Source: the human T2T-CHM13v2.0 reference genome, Homo sapiens. From it: a stretch of 64,000 nt of DNA. The stretch is from assembly GCF_009914755.1 (NCBI RefSeq), contig NC_060944.1; one strand, written 5' to 3'. A program made the translations under genes and the position numbers. Under the pieces are notes generated by a model that did not search any database, was not told where the DNA came from, and saw nothing but the letters and a program-made list of their open reading frames with translations. This document shows, piece by piece, positions 42,211-59,870 of the stretch. Position 1 is the first letter of the stretch, and each line of letters opens with the position of its first letter.

Positions 42211-43005
42211 AGCATAACCACCTACCCCCCAACCAACCAACCAAAATAAAAAACCAAGAAAACACAAACAACAACAACTACAACAAAAAACCAGCCACCA
42301 TCCCCCCATTCCTTCCCTCCTCCCTCCTGCAATGTAAGCAGCTAACTTTGTTGCTGATTTCTCTTACCCGGAAGGTTTTTGGGGGCAGAGGGGTAACGAC
42401 TTGTGGATTTCTTGAGCTGGAGATTATTAGAGCTTCATGCCCTGTTAACGTGTCCAAAAGAGCTCTCTGTTGTCTAGGTTCAGGGACACAGTCTGCAAAT
42501 CACAGCTATCCAGGAAACACTTTACAAAGAGTTTTCTGAACACTGCATTTCATTTGTGGAGAGGAAAAATGCCTGCATTTAACTTCTGCCTCCCAATCTG
42601 CAGTTGACAGAAATGAGGAAACTGCTCAATTTCAGGTGTTTACCTCAAAATACCCCATCTTAGCCAAGTGCATGGCCGCTCCCTTCTGCGAATGCAAGCC
42701 TCCACTGTCATGCCTTGTGTTTTTTCCTCTCTCCTGGTGTTGGCTTAATGCTCACGTCCAAAAAGCAGGCTTTCAGCAAATTGCATTCTGATTGACTGAC
42801 CTGGTTTTCTGCTGGGGAGCAGAACACTAAAGCCAAATGAATTTGACCAAAACTTGCTTTGCTGAATACCTTCAGTTTCTTCGGAGCAGCCTCAGACATG
42901 TTTTATAAGAGGGAATGAAGACTATTATTTAAGAAGAATGGTACAAGCTAGAATCACAGAAAAGAGGTTTTAGAGTTGGATGAAATCTCAGGTTATTTGT
43001 CCTAA

Positions 43006-43253
<248 letters not shown>

Positions 43254-43417
43254 TAAAACCATGTACCTTTGAACAATTAGATCTTGTCTTTTGACTTTCT
43301 GTTCACCTTGCCATTTGTTTTTAGCTCGAATCTCATACCCGTTTAATCCATCTAACTTAGGATCCTGGTATCCAAAGTGAGGTATGGCCCCATGGACTTC
43401 ATAACAACACTTGATAG

Positions 43418-43606
<189 letters not shown>

Positions 43607-43804
43607 TAATGTGGTTTTTTAATGGGGTAAATTGGTAAAACCCAGGGATTTAGAATCTCCTGATTGTTCTCACGGACCCTTGTCTAAGCCATCCACATCT
43701 TGGACTCCAGCCATTTCCTCTTTCAACCCAATAGCACTGTCTTCCCAAACCCTAGGACTGTCACAGTCTTCCCCAAGCTAAACACTTTAATATCTCCCTA
43801 TTAG

Positions 43805-45370
43805 TTTTTTTTTGAAATGAACTTTTTATTTTATAATGGTTTTAAATTTACAGGGAAAGTGCAAAGGTAGAAGAGGGTTTCCATATACTCCAAACCCAGT
43901 TTTCCCTTTATTAATATTTAATATAGTATAAGACATTTGTTATAATAATGGACCAATACTTATACATTGTTATTAACTGAAGTCTATGCATTATTCAGAT
44001 TTTCTTAGTTTTAACCTAAAGTCCTTGTTCTGTTCCAGGATCCCACCAGGATACTACATTGAATTTAGCAGTCATATCAGCTTCTCTCAGCTGAGATAGT
44101 TACCCAGACTTTTCTTGTTTTCGACAACCTTGGCAGTTTTGAGGAGTATTAGTCAGTATTTTGTAGAATGCTCCTCTAATGAGATTTGTCCGATTTTTTA
44201 CCCCTCATGATTAGACTGCAGTGATGTGTTTTTTGGAGGAAGACCACAGAGGTCAAGTGACATTTTCCTCACCCTCAAATCAAAGGTCCACACTATCAAA
44301 ATTACCTATCACTGCTGATGTCAACCTTCAACACCTGGCTGAAGTAGTCTTTGTTGGCTCTCTCCACTGTGAAGTTACTCCTTTTTCCTCTTAGAAAGTA
44401 ACTTATCATCAGCAGCACCCACTAAAGGACTGGCAAGTTTTGCTCTGTCTCCTTGAGGGTGGAGTATCTACACAAATTATTTGGAATTCTTCTGCACGGA
44501 GATTTGTTTCTTCTATCCTTATTTTGAGTTATTCAAACATTTATTTGGGTTATTATGGACTCAGAGATATTTATTTGATTTTATACTTTGTATTTTCTTT
44601 TTTTTTTTTTTTTTTGAGACAGAGTTTTGATCTGTCTCCCTGGTTGGGGTGCAGTGGTGTGAACATAGCCCACTGCAGCCTTGACCTCCTGGGCTCAGGA
44701 AATTCTCCCACCTCAGCCTCCCAAGTAACTGGAAATACAGGCACACACCAACACATCCAGCTAAGTGTTTGATTTTTTTATAGAGATAGCGTCTCCCTGT
44801 GTTGCCCAGGCTGGCCTTGAATTCCTGGACTCAAGTGATCTTCCCACCTTGGCATCCCAAAGTGCTGGGATTACAGGCATGAGCCACTGGTGGTGCCTGG
44901 CCTATTTTATGCTTTTAGTTATAATTCAATACTAGTTTATTTTGTTGTTCAAATTGTTCCAGCTTTGGTCATTTGGAGCTCTTTCAGTTGGCTCTTGTGT
45001 CTTTTCAACATAAGCTACTGTTGTGGAGGTTTCTTGAGCACTTCTTATTTCTGGTGATACAAGATACTCCAGGTTAGGTTCCTTTTGTATCTTTCTTGCC
45101 CCAGTCTTTTTTCCAAGGTTCCTTGGTTTCCCTTTTATTTCTAAAGCTACTTAGGTATACACTGTTTCCTCAAACTTCTTCATTCAGGTTATTGCATACA
45201 TTTTTAATGCAGTTAGATTGTTTTATCACATTTTGCATTCCATCCTGGGATCTCCTAACATCCTAAATGATTTTTTTTTTTTACATTGCATACATTAAGG
45301 GTCATTCATTGTGCCATCAAGTTCTATGGGTTTTGGCAAGTGTGCAGTGCCATGTATTCACCATTACAAT
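43805..45370 (-). mobile_element. Old L1MB/L1MC 3'-end region
   Basis: TTTACAGGGAAAGTGCAAAGGTAG..TTCCATATAC..GTTCCAGGATCCCACCAGGATAC. Confidence 0.65.
44592..44902 (-). mobile_element. Full-length AluJ within the L1M
   Basis: Both arms are present with the AluJ-type ATAGCCCACTGCAGCCTTGACCTCCTGGGCTCA. Confidence 0.88.
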
Positions 45371-45371
45371 A

Positions 45372-45982
45372 TTTTCATTGGCTGAATGAACCCTCCAAAA
45401 ATGTGCATGTCCTAAGGAATATATTACTATGAACCTGTGAATATATTACTTTACATGGGAAAAGGGAATTTTCAAATATGATGGATTTCACATTTCAGAT
45501 AAGTGAAGGATTTTGAGTTGGAGAGATTATCCTTGATTATCTGAGCAGACCCAATGTAATTACAAGAAAGAGACAGAGTTAGGATGTAGAGATGTAATGG
45601 AAGCAAGAGGTTGGAGTGATGTGAGGAAGGGGCTATCATCCAAGGAATGAAGACAGCCTTTAGAAACTAAAAGGCAAGAAAATGGATTTGCTCTAAAGCC
45701 TCTGGAAGGATTGCAGCTCTGCTGACATATTGATTTTAGACTTTATTGTACAAGAAATACAAGAGGGTAAATGTATGTTGCTTTAAGCCATTAACTATAT
45801 GGCAATTTATTGCAGATTTTGGTACTTGAAAATGGAGTGCTACTCTAACAAATAATAACTTAAAAATATGAAAGTGGCTTTGGAATTAGCTAATGGGTAA
45901 AGGCTGGAAGAACTTTGAGGACCATGATAGAAAAAGCCTAGATTTCTTGGACAGACTGTTGATAGAAATATGGATGTTAAAG
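45372..45982 (+). mobile_element. MLT1C/D-like LTR followed by the start of MLT1 internal sequence (~45815-45982)
   Basis: The LTR contains GAACCTGTGAATATATTAC..GGAGAGATTATCCTTGATTATC; the internal part begins GATTTTGGTACTTGAAAATGGAGTGCTACT. Confidence 0.72.
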
Positions 45983-45994
45983 TTTCACCCTGTG

Positions 45995-48900
45995 TGGGGG
46001 TTGTCAAACACCCTATACAGGAGTGTTCCTACTGGCATCAGGTTGGTGCCCCTCGAGGTCAGAGATCCCAGAGGATGGAGCAGGCACCCATCTTTGCTAT
46101 TCTCCAGCCTTCTTGAGTGACATCTCTAGGCGTGGAGTGAACCAGGTGAATAGGGCCTGAAGTGAACCCTCAGCAAACCACAGCAGCCCTACAGAAGAGG
46201 TACCTGACCATTGAAAGAAAAACAAATAAACAAACAAACAAATGGAAAGCAACAACAGCATCACAAAAAAGTCCCCACAAAAACCTCATCCAAGTGTCAG
46301 TAGCCTCAATGATCAAAACTAGACAAACTCATGAGGATGAGAAAGAATCAACAAAAAGGCCCTGAAAACCCAAAAGGCCAGAGTGCCTCTTCTCCTCCAA
46401 ATGAGTGCAACACCTTTCCAGCAAGGGCACAGAACTGAACAGAGGATGAGATGGATGAATTGACAGAAGTAGGCTTCAGAAGGTGGGTAATCACAAACTC
46501 TGCTGAGCTAAAGGAGCGTGTTCTAACCCAATGCAAAGGAGCTAAGAGCCTTGATAAAACGTTACAAGGGATGCTAATTAGAATAACCAGTTTAGAGAGG
46601 AACATAAATAACCTCATGGAGCTGAAAAACACAGCACGAGAACTTTGTGAAGCATACACAAGTATCAATAGCCAAATCAATCAAGCAGAAGAAAGAATAT
46701 CAGACTTTGGAGACCATCTTGCTGAAATAAGGCAGGCAGACAAGATTAGAGAAAAAACATGAAAAGGAACAAACAAAACCTCTGAGAAATATGGGACTAT
46801 GTAAAAACACTGAACCTATGATTGATCGGAGTACCTGAAAGAGAAAGGGAGAATGGAACCAAGTTGGAAAACACTTCAGGATATTATCCAGGAGAACTTT
46901 CCCAACCTAGCAAGACAAGCTAACAGTCAAATTTAGGAAATACAGAGAACACCACTAAGATACTCCTCGAGAAGAGCAACCCCAAGACATAATCAGCGGA
47001 TTCTCCAAGGTTAAAATGAAGGAAAAATGTTAAGGGAAGCCAGAGAGAAAGGCCAGGTCATCTACAAAGGGAAGCCCATCAGACTAACAGTGGATCTCTC
47101 AGCAGAAACCCTATAAGCCAGAAGACAGTGGGGGCCAATATTCAACATTCTGGAATTTCATATCCAGCCAAACTGAGCTTCATAAGTGAAGGAGAAATAA
47201 AATCCTTCTCAGACAAGTGAATGCTGACAGATTTCATCACCACCAGACCTGCCTTGCAAGAGCTCCTGAAGGAAGCACTAAATATGGAAAGGATAAACCA
47301 GTACCAGCCACTGCAAAAACACATCAAAATATAAAGACCAATGACACTATGAAGAAACTGCATCAACTAGTATGCAAAATAACCACGTAGCATCATGATG
47401 ATAGGATCAAATGAACACATAACAATGTTAACCTTAAATGTAAATGGGCTAAATGCCCCAATTAAAAGACACAGACTGGCAAATTGGATAAAGAGTCAAG
47501 ACCCTTTGGTGTGCTGTATTCAGGAGACCCATTTCACATGCAAAGACACACACATAGGCTCAAGATAAAGGGATGGAGGAAAATTTACCAAGCAAATGGA
47601 AAGCAAAGCAAAACAAAACAAAACAAAGATACACAACAAAAACAAAAACAGAAACAGGGGTTGCAATCCTAGTCTCTGACAAAACAGACTTTAAGCCAAC
47701 AAAGACCAAAAAAGGCAAAGAAGGGAATTATATAATGGTAAAGGGATCAATGCAACAAGAAGAGCTAACTATCCTAAATATATATGCACCCAATACAGGA
47801 GCACCCAGATTCATAAAACAAGTTCTTAGAGACCTACAAAGAGACTTAGACTCCTACACAATAATAGTTGGAAACTTTAACGCCCCAATGTCAGTATTAG
47901 ACAGATCAATGAGACAGAAAATTAACAAGGATATTCAGGACTAGAACTCAACTCTGGATCAAGTGGACTTAATAGACATCTACAGAACTCTCCACCCCAA
48001 ATCAACAGAATATGTATTCTTAGAGCCACATGGCACTTATTCTAAAATCAACCACATAATTGGAAGTAAAACACTCCTCAGCAAATGCAAAAGAACAGAA
48101 ATCATAACAAACAGTCTCTTAGGCCATAGTGCAATCAAATTAGAACTCAGGATTAAAAAACTCACTCAAAACCACACAGCTACATGGAAGGTGAACAACC
48201 TGCTCCTGAATGACTCCTTGGTAAATAATGAAATTAAGGCAGAAATCAAGAAGTTCTTTGAAGCCAATGAGAACAAAGAGGCAATGTACTAGAATCTCTG
48301 GGACACAGCTGAAGTAGTGTTAAGAAGAAAATTTATAGCACTAAATGCCCACATCAGAAAGCTAAAAAATCTCCAATCAACACCTGAACATCACAATTAA
48401 AAGAACTAGAGAAATAAGAGCGAAGAAATCCAAAAGCTAGAAGAAGACAAGAAATAACTAAGATCAGAGCAGAACTGAAGGAGATAGAGACATGAAAAAC
48501 CCTTTAAAAATCAATAAATCCAGGAGCTGGTTTTTTGAAAAAATTAATAAAATAGACCATTAGCTAGACTAATAAAGAAGAAAAGAGAGAGGAATCAAAT
48601 AGACACAATAGAAAATGATAAAAGGGATATCACCACTGATCCCACAGAAATACAAACTACCATCAGAGAATACTATAAACACCTGTATGCAAATAAACTA
48701 GAAAATCTAGATAAAACAGATAAATTCCTGGACACATACACCCTCCTAAGACTAAAGCAGGAAGAAGTCGAATCCCTGAATAGACTAACATCAAGTTCTG
48801 AAACTGAGGCAGTAATTAATAGCCTACCAACCAAAAAAAGCCCAGGACCAGACAGATTCACAGCTGAATTCTACCACAAGGAACTTTGAAATAGTTCCTT

Positions 48901-49323
48901 CTGAAACCATTCCAAACAATTGAAAAGGAGGGACTCCTCCCTAACTCACTTTATGAGGCCAGCATCATCCTGGTACCAAAACCTGGCAGAGACACAACAA
49001 AAAAAGAAAACTTCAGGTCAATATCCCTGATATCCCTGATGAACATTGATGCGAAAACCCTTAATAAAATACTGGCAAACTGAATCCAGCAGCTCATCAA
49101 AAAACTTATCCACCACCATCAAGTCTGCTTCATCCCTGGGATGTAAGGCTGGTTCAACATATGCAAAGTAATAAATGTAATCCATCACATAAACAGAATC
49201 AATGACAAAAACCACATGATTATCTCAATAGATGCAGAAAAGGCCTTTGACAAAATTCAACATCGCTTCATGCTAAAATCTCTCAGTAAACTATGTATTG
49301 ATGGAACGTATCTCAAAATAATG
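45995..49323 (+). mobile_element. Internal L1PA8-10-like fragment (partial 5'UTR, ORF1 ~46337-47334, 5' half of ORF2 from ~47398); no 3' end
   Basis: ORF fragments include MDELTEVGFRRWVITN, LNIYAPNTGAPRFIKQ and [12 protein letters not shown]. The element stops abruptly with no poly(A). Confidence 0.9.
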
Positions 49324-49325
49324 AA

Positions 49326-49433
49326 ACTGAGTCTTGCTCTATCATCCAGACTAGAGTGCAGTGGCGTAATAATAGCTCACTGCAGCCTTGACCTCCTGGT
49401 CTCCAGGATCCTCCTGCCTCAGTCTTCCAAGTA
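49326..49433 (-). mobile_element. AluJ-like right-arm fragment abutting the L1 break
   Basis: GAGTCTTGCTCT..GAGTGCAGTGGC..ATAGCTCACTGCAGCCTTGACCTCCTGG. Confidence 0.8.
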
Positions 49434-49449
49434 CGTTGTTTCTTTTTAA

Positions 49450-50080
49450 GAGCAGCAGTTGTACCCAGCTACTTTTTCTAGTCTCCTTTCAGCTAAGTAT
49501 GACCATGTGAATAAGTTCTGGCTAATAAGATATAGGCAGTAGCTGTGAAATAGGACTTCTAGAATATTTTCTTAAATTGAGAGAAAGACTGACAGGGTAT
49601 GCCTCTCTGGCCTTTCCCTTCTTCATCTTTCCTGTTCCTGGAATATGGCTAGAATGGCTGGAGATTCAGCAGCCATCTTGGCCCATTTGGATAAGCTGTA
49701 TGAACAGGGAAGTCATATGATAAGAAAGGAGGAACAGAGAGAGCTAAGGAACCTAGGTTCTCAGTGGCTTTATACCACAACTGTATACCACAACTTTATA
49801 CCTGCTGTAGACTGCCAATCTCTGGGATCAGGATCTGTCTGTAATAGTTCTCCATTTCTGTGTGACAAATCACTACACATTTAGCAGTTTAGGACAACAC
49901 ACATTTATTGTGTCATAGTCTCTGTGGGCCAGGAGTCTGGGTATAGGTAATCCGGGTCTTCTGCTCTGGGTCTTTCAGGCTGAAATCAAGGTGGCTGGGA
50001 CTGTCTTCTCTCCTAAGGCTTGGGATCCTTTTCCAAGCTCACTGGTTCTTACCGTAACTCATTTCCTTGTGGTTGTATCT
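49450..50080. mobile_element. MLT1-family LTR fragments (+ strand piece ~49450-49830; - strand MLT1D-like piece ~49840-50080)
   Basis: GACCATGTGAATAAGTTCTGGCTAATAAG; ACAACACACATTTATT..CTGTGGGCCAGGAGTCTGGG. Confidence 0.6.
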
Positions 50081-50584
50081 AGCAAGATGCAGAGCCAGGC
50101 TTTGAACCCAGGCAGTCTGGAGTCAATGCCTATTCTCAAATCAACTCTATTGTGCACACCAATCACCTGAGAACCTTTTTAAAATGCAGATTCAAATTAC
50201 CACATTTTACAGGGCACGTCTAGTTGCCTTGTAAGATCTGCCTCCAGCCCAGTTAAGCCCCCACATGAATTTTCAGCTAATTCTTGAACTTACTTGCCTG
50301 ACTCCAATGACCAAATAGGTTCCATCTAGAACTCCTTATTAACCACATTCCAAGCTGAGCTTTTCGTGGCTTCCTAACCTCACCCACCTGATTACCGTAC
50401 TGCCTGGTTGCTGAGCTAGAAGTCACAGGGATGGTCCTGCCCTGCTTTCTCTCCTACTCCTGTAGATTCTCATTCCTGTTATCTTTCCTCCTGCCACTGC
50501 TCTGTTCTGATGCTCATCACCTCCTGTCTGGACCTGTGCAAGGATCTTCTTCATGAGCCTTCTTTCTTTCTGTGTTTCCTGGCT

Positions 50585-51005
50585 TGTAGTTTGGATTATT
50601 GTTCCCAATTCTTCATGCCTCTGTAAGAGAATTATTCGTCCATCCTCTTGCCATGACCTTATGATGGATGGTCCCTTGGCCTAGGGCTTGGTAAGGTGAC
50701 TTGCTTTGTCAGATTGACATGTTCACAAGTGTGATTGGAGCAGAGGCTTGAAGTGTGCTTGCACAGTTGGGCTTGCCCTCTTACACTGCTGCAAGCAGGA
50801 AGATGCCCTAGACAGCTTTTGGCGCAAGAAGCATGAGAGACATGTGAAGCAGACCTGCACCCCACTTGTTGTCTGGAGCCAAGCCCACCCAAGCCCAGCC
50901 CAGGTCAGCCATACTTAAGCCCAAATGCAGGTGCGAGAATGAAAAATAAATGCTTATTATTGTTTTTGATGTGTTTGTTACTTAGCAAAAGCTGACTAAT
51001 ATACA
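50585..51005 (+). mobile_element. MLT1I-like solo LTR inserted in an L2 (L2 at ~50480-50584 and ~51006-51570)
   Basis: Begins TGTAGTTTGGATTATTGTTCCCAATTCTTC and ends AGCAAAAGCTGACTAATATACA. Confidence 0.65.
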
Positions 51006-52049
51006 GCCCTAATTTACTCTCTCCACTGCCAAAGTCACCGTTGTGAAACACATCTATCCTGTTACTGGTATACGATGTCCAATTTATTCCACAGGATAAA
51101 CTCCTAAATATTTACCCTGCCCTGCATGTAAGCCAACCTTGCTCAACCTCAGTCTACCGTTCCTGTCTCATTCCGTCATGACTCTGACTCATTTGACATT
51201 CAGAATACTTGAAGGGCTGAAGCAGGCTTTGGTCTTTGACCAGTCTAAACCTTTGCTTCTTTCTCTCTGCCTGGACTCTCATCTCACATCTGCTTCCTGC
51301 CTTGTCAATTCCTGCTCATTCTTCAAAGCCTGCTCAAATGCCACCACTCTGAAGCCTTGCTTTTCTCTCCCAAAAGCGGCCTTTTGCTGTCCCCATAATA
51401 ATGCTGTTTGAGTGTTCATTTCAAGGCACTGCAGCAGATTGTGTCTATGACCTGGCCTAGCCCAATAGCTTCAGGGAAGTGATTCTACTTTATTCATGCA
51501 TGTGTTCCTTACATCTATGGCCAACTCATATCCTGGCATACAATGGATGCTCAAAACAGGTAAGTGAGTAATTTTAAGGGGCATCATTTGGCAGCCTGCC
51601 CTTCTAGGCACTGCAGTGAGCTTGTGGAGAGTAGATTAATTCAGAGTTCACATTGCAAGCAGTGCTGCTGTGGTTCTCAGAGTAACTCTGCCAGGAAATG
51701 AGTTAGGTGTGTTGAAGACTTACCTGTCCTGCTCCAGGGCAGATGGTTAGTGGCATAGTGCCATAGCGGGAGCATGGGACTGCAAGTCGAGAGCCAGCCT
51801 GCAGCCCTGGCACTGTTCCCAACTTACCCTTATCTCTTTGAGCTTCACATTCTTTGTACAATGAAGCATGTAGATTTGAGAGTCATCCCAGCTCCTGTTG
51901 ACTCTGATGTCCAGTTGTTGCATTCTGTAGGAGTTTGGAACAGGAGAAGTGAAGAGCCATAAGGAAAAGGCCTCTCACAATGCAATTAGGGGAACCTGCC
52001 CCTTCCTGTGGGTAGGGGACTTGGCTTTCACCAACCTCTCCCATACAAT

Positions 52050-52570
52050 TGTTCTTGTTATCTATTTGCTGGGCAGAAATGACACCCAAACTTAATGGCT
52101 TAAGACAGTAATGTTTTATTATTTCTCATGCTTTTGTAGGTTGGATGGGCTTATCTGGGTAGGTTTCACTCAGCGACTTCTATGCAGCTGTGGGGCTGGA
52201 GTTATTGGGGAGCCTGGCTGGGCTGAGTACCTGGTGCCTCATCTACACAGCTGGCAGTAATAAGGGCTGTTGGCTGGGGCTGTAACCAGAGCACTGGTGT
52301 GCGGCCTCTGTGTGTGGCTTGGGCCTCTCACAATGCGATGGCTGTGTTCCGAGTGGGAGTGTCCTAAGAGTGAGAGTTCCTAGTGACCCAGGCAGAAGTT
52401 GGGTTGACACTTCTTGCAAGATTTCTGATGACCTAGCCTCAGAATTCTCAGAACAATTTTGCCACATTGTTTTGGACAAGGAAGTCACTAAGGCTAGCCC
52501 AGATTTAAGGGTGGGGACTCAGACTCCCCCTCCTGTTGGGAGAATGTTGAAGAATTTGCAGCCATCTTTC
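52050..52570 (-). mobile_element. MLT1F/G/H-like LTR
   Basis: GTTATCTATTTGCTG..CCCAAACTTAATGGCTTAAGACA..TCTGATGACCTAGCCTCAGAA. Confidence 0.65.
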
Positions 52571-53949
52571 CTTGCCTCAGCATGGAAATATGCTAAGAAT
52601 CTTGGAATTTGGAAATCAATTAAGACTGAAAAAGGCCAGATGAATAGGTCTAAATATTTTGGGGTGCTTTGAGGTCTATCCTCAAGGCTGGTGGAGAGGC
52701 TCTCTTTCTTATCCCATCTTGAATCAGAGCATCTCTCTGAGGTTCAGCTTCAGATGCTATTAAAAGAAGAATTCCATGGGTTCTAAGGGTGATGTCATGA
52801 CTAGGGTTAGGTGTGCACCCCACAGCCTTAGCAAACAAATGTATGCCGAGTGAGTTTCTCCCTGGGTGCCCCTAGGCCAATGTAAGTGCCTACAGCAGAA
52901 GACACAGATGCAGGCCTGGCCTGGCCTTATAGGAGCTATTCCTTAGTAGGCAGAGCTCCAGGGACTCCCTTTCCCTATTTGGAACTTTGTTAAATTTCTC
53001 ACTGGGCTATAAATCCCTCAGCATCTTGTTAACTCAGTTTTCCACTTGGAAATTGGGTGTACAGACACAACCTGTAGCACTTGTCATATTTCTATCCTCT
53101 GCTGTATCATGAACTATAAAAGGAGCTGCTAACAGGAAGCACTTTTTGTGAAAGTCCAAGAGTCTCATCTTCCTGGGCTGTTTGTTGCCATTCTACCTGG
53201 AGTCTGTTTTAGTTTGCGTTTCCCTCCACAATCTTGTTGCAGGTGGGCATGGGGTTTTCCTCGTCTCTGTGTCCTGCTTGGTGTCTTATTTGCACACAAG
53301 AGGCTCTCCATGAAGTTCAGACCTGGGTCGAAGGAGTTAAAGAGCTCCACACTTTCCCACTGACAATTTCCTTGGGAATCCCTCTAGGAGCCTCTGAATA
53401 GCTCTAACTTCTCTGCTTTGAGGATGTTTTGCTCCTAAAAGGGAGAGGGATGTCTTTTCTCTTTTGATAGATTGGTGGCTGAGCTGGAGGGAGGAGAGGT
53501 TACTCATTGCAGAGGTCAGGGTGAACAGGGAGGCGAGGAGGCCTTGGCTGGCCATGCTGCTTGGGGAACTGCTCCAAGTCTGGGCTTGTCATACTCCTTG
53601 CCTGCTTTTAGTCATCGGGGTCATTAGGCTCTGTGGCACATGGCCCCGACTCTCTCCTTGTAGAAGCATAGAAAGATTGGCTGAGGACAATCCAAGTCCA
53701 AAATGTCATAAGTTTGTCACGATTTGATTTCCCTTTTTAGGCCCTGCACTGTGTATGTATATTTATAGGTGCTTGAGGAAGGCCTGGGAATTAGATAACT
53801 CAGGGACAGTTGGCTGTCCGACCACATGTTCTTGGCTCCTCTGGAGTTAACGTTAGTGGAGAAAATGCAAAAGCAATAACTGGTCCCTGTGAGGGCAGTC
53901 TTCATTCTGCCTCTTCCCTCTCCCCAGAGTGAGTGGTTGGTTCATCTCT

Positions 53950-54265
53950 CTTTTTTTTTTCTTGCATTTTTTTTTTTTTTTTTTGGAGACAGAGTCTCAC
54001 TCTATCACTCAGGCTGGAGTGCAGTGGTGCCATCACAGCTCATGCAACCTCCGCCTCCTGGGTTCAAGGTATTCTCTCACCTCAGCCTCCTGAGTAGCTG
54101 GGACTACAGGTGTGCACCACCATTCCCAGCTAATTTTTGTATTTTTAGTAGAGACGGGGTTTTGCCATGTTGGCCAAGCTGGTCTCAAACTCCTGGTCTC
54201 AAGTGATCTGCCTGCCTTGGCCTCTCAAAGTGTTGGGATTACAGGTGTGGGCCACCATACCTAGC
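53950..54265 (-). mobile_element. Full-length Alu (S/J) with 16-bp TSD
   Basis: TSD TGGTTGGTTCATCTCT at 53934-53949 and 54266-54281. Confidence 0.92.
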
Positions 54266-54411
54266 TGGTTGGTTCATCTCTTAAGAATGACCAAGTTGAA
54301 TGATTCTTCCTAGTGTGTGTAGCTGTTCCTTGATGGGGGCTCAAGAACAACAGGAATGACTCTTTCTGGGTTGACAAAGCCAGACAATCCTGTGCCTTCA
54401 GTAATGGAATC

Positions 54412-54860
54412 TGTCTTAGTTTGAGTTTCCCTCCAAAAGTAGAACCTGAGAAGAGAAAGTTGAGTGCAAGTAGTTTTCTGGGAGGTGAACCCAGGAGTCA
54501 GGTGGGAAGAGCAGGTAGAATGAGACAGAGAAGAAAAAAGAATCAGTTTGAGAATGTGTTGCTTTGAGCAGCAGGACTTGATTTTGCTCAGACCTCTGAG
54601 AAGCAGGATGAGAGGCTGGGACACTTATCTGTGGGCCTGGCTCCCCTGCTGGTTGTGGTAGCCCCTGGGATGTTCACCTCCCTCTCATCTGGCTGCTCTG
54701 CTACTGGACCTGAAAGGGTCTGGTGCACTGTGGAAGCAGACCCTGGGGAGAGAGAGCAGGAGAACAGGGGGCATGTGCATGTGCTTGAGGCGAAAAGCTA
54801 TCATTGCTGGATGAATCTGAGCTCCTAAGGAAATGTCCACCACTCTGCCTGGAATCAGAG
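54412..54860. mobile_element. ERVL LTR (LTR33/LTR16-like)
   Basis: TGTCTTAGTTTGAGTTTCCCTCCAAAAGTAGAACCTGAG..TGAGTGCAAGTAGTTTTCTGGGAGGTGAACCCAGG. Confidence 0.55.
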
Positions 54861-55329
54861 GTGGGCTGAGCAGACAGGATGTAGAGCATCTTTTACTTTC
54901 AAGTGGGGAAAACCTCTGATGATGTCTTCAACCGAAAGGAGGCATGGGTCCCTAAGACCTACTCTATAACAGGGAACAGGAGCAATGGGTTAGGCACTGG
55001 GCTTGACTAACTCTGCAATGTTTAGGACAGAATTGTTACCACACAGAAGACCCATCACTATTGTTTCCTCCTGGCTCTTCTTTGATCAACTTCAGGTAGT
55101 TTCTCATCTGAGACCAAAAAGCCACCCATGGCCCCTTCTTTGGGTTAAAAAATATTCCAGGTCATGCCTACTCTTTTTTTCCCTCCCGCTCTACTTCCTT
55201 CTTTCATACACACACTTGTTTGCTCTCTCTTGTCTTTCTCTTTCTCTTCCATTTGTCCTCCCTCTGTCCTTTCATTTCTTCAATTTCCCTCTCCTTCCTT
55301 CCTCCCTCTTCCTCTTTTTCTCCCTTTAT

Positions 55330-58860
<3,531 letters not shown>

Positions 58861-59654
58861 CAACTCTTACCTGAATGTCTGTGATATGCAGGAAACTGGG
58901 ACAGGCCCTGGTGGTTGAGTTTGCACCATGACTTGTCCCTTTTGACTAATCCCCATCAGTTGGACAACTCTCTGGCCACCTTTTTGATTTGTGGAGTAGC
59001 CACCACCTGGATTTATCCCTCAACTGTAAGCACCACAGTCTTGGGGAAAAGAAGGTACCATTCCACTTCTGTGCCTGACATTCTGGGATACTGCCACCCC
59101 CCACCCTAACCCAGCAACACTTGCCTGGGAGAGACAGTGGACACATCTCATTTGCCATCTAAGGGCAGTGTGGTAGAAGGGGAGATCAGTTATGTTGTCA
59201 GAACCACCAACTCCATGAGGGCATGAACCAGGTCAGATGTACCTTTTAGCTTGTGGCTGATCCCTCTTTTCCAGTTTAAGCAAGTCTCCTGAACGCTGGG
59301 TCACAGTTTTCTTGCCTGTAAAATTAGAGGTTGGACTAAATTATCTTGGAATGGATGGCCCTCAGACCGTGGTGTGCCAGTAGTTCCTGGGGCTGTGGAT
59401 TCTATCTGCACATATGCATTTTCTCACTCAAGAGGCAATGAAAGGGAACTGCTGTTATGTGGGGTTAGGAGAAATGTTCTGTGTTAAGAGCAGTGCTCAG
59501 GTTTGGGAAGAAGGAGATACCTGCTGAGCTTCTGTGGTTTTCAAACAGGGTTTCTAGCTCTGCCCCATTTCATCCAGGACAAGCGGAGACTTCACATAGC
59601 TTATTTCTTGGGCTTCCCCTCAAATGTCTGTTTGAAGAAAAGGTTTTGTGAAAA

Positions 59655-59870
59655 AAAAATCCACTCAGAAATCAGGTCAGTGGTTGCCTGGGAGCAGGGA
59701 GTAGAAGCACGGGCTTCAAGGAGGTGAGAGATTTTTTGGCGGGCGGGGGTGTTCTGCATCTTGAATATGGTGGTTGTTACAGGAGTATGAATCTTGGTCA
59801 AAACTCCTTGAACTATATATTAAGATGGGTTAAGTGTGTTTTATGTAAATCATACTTAAGTTGATTTGAG
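59655..59870 (+). mobile_element. Old L1M 3' end
   Basis: AGAAATCAGGTCAGTGGTTGCCTGGG..TGGTGGTTGTTACAGGAGTA..GTCAAAACTC. Confidence 0.65.

Noticed and set aside
41929-42309. Cys/Val/Phe-rich 126-aa 'membrane' ORF
   Set aside because: It is an artefact of the stop-free GTT-rich strand of the tandem repeat.
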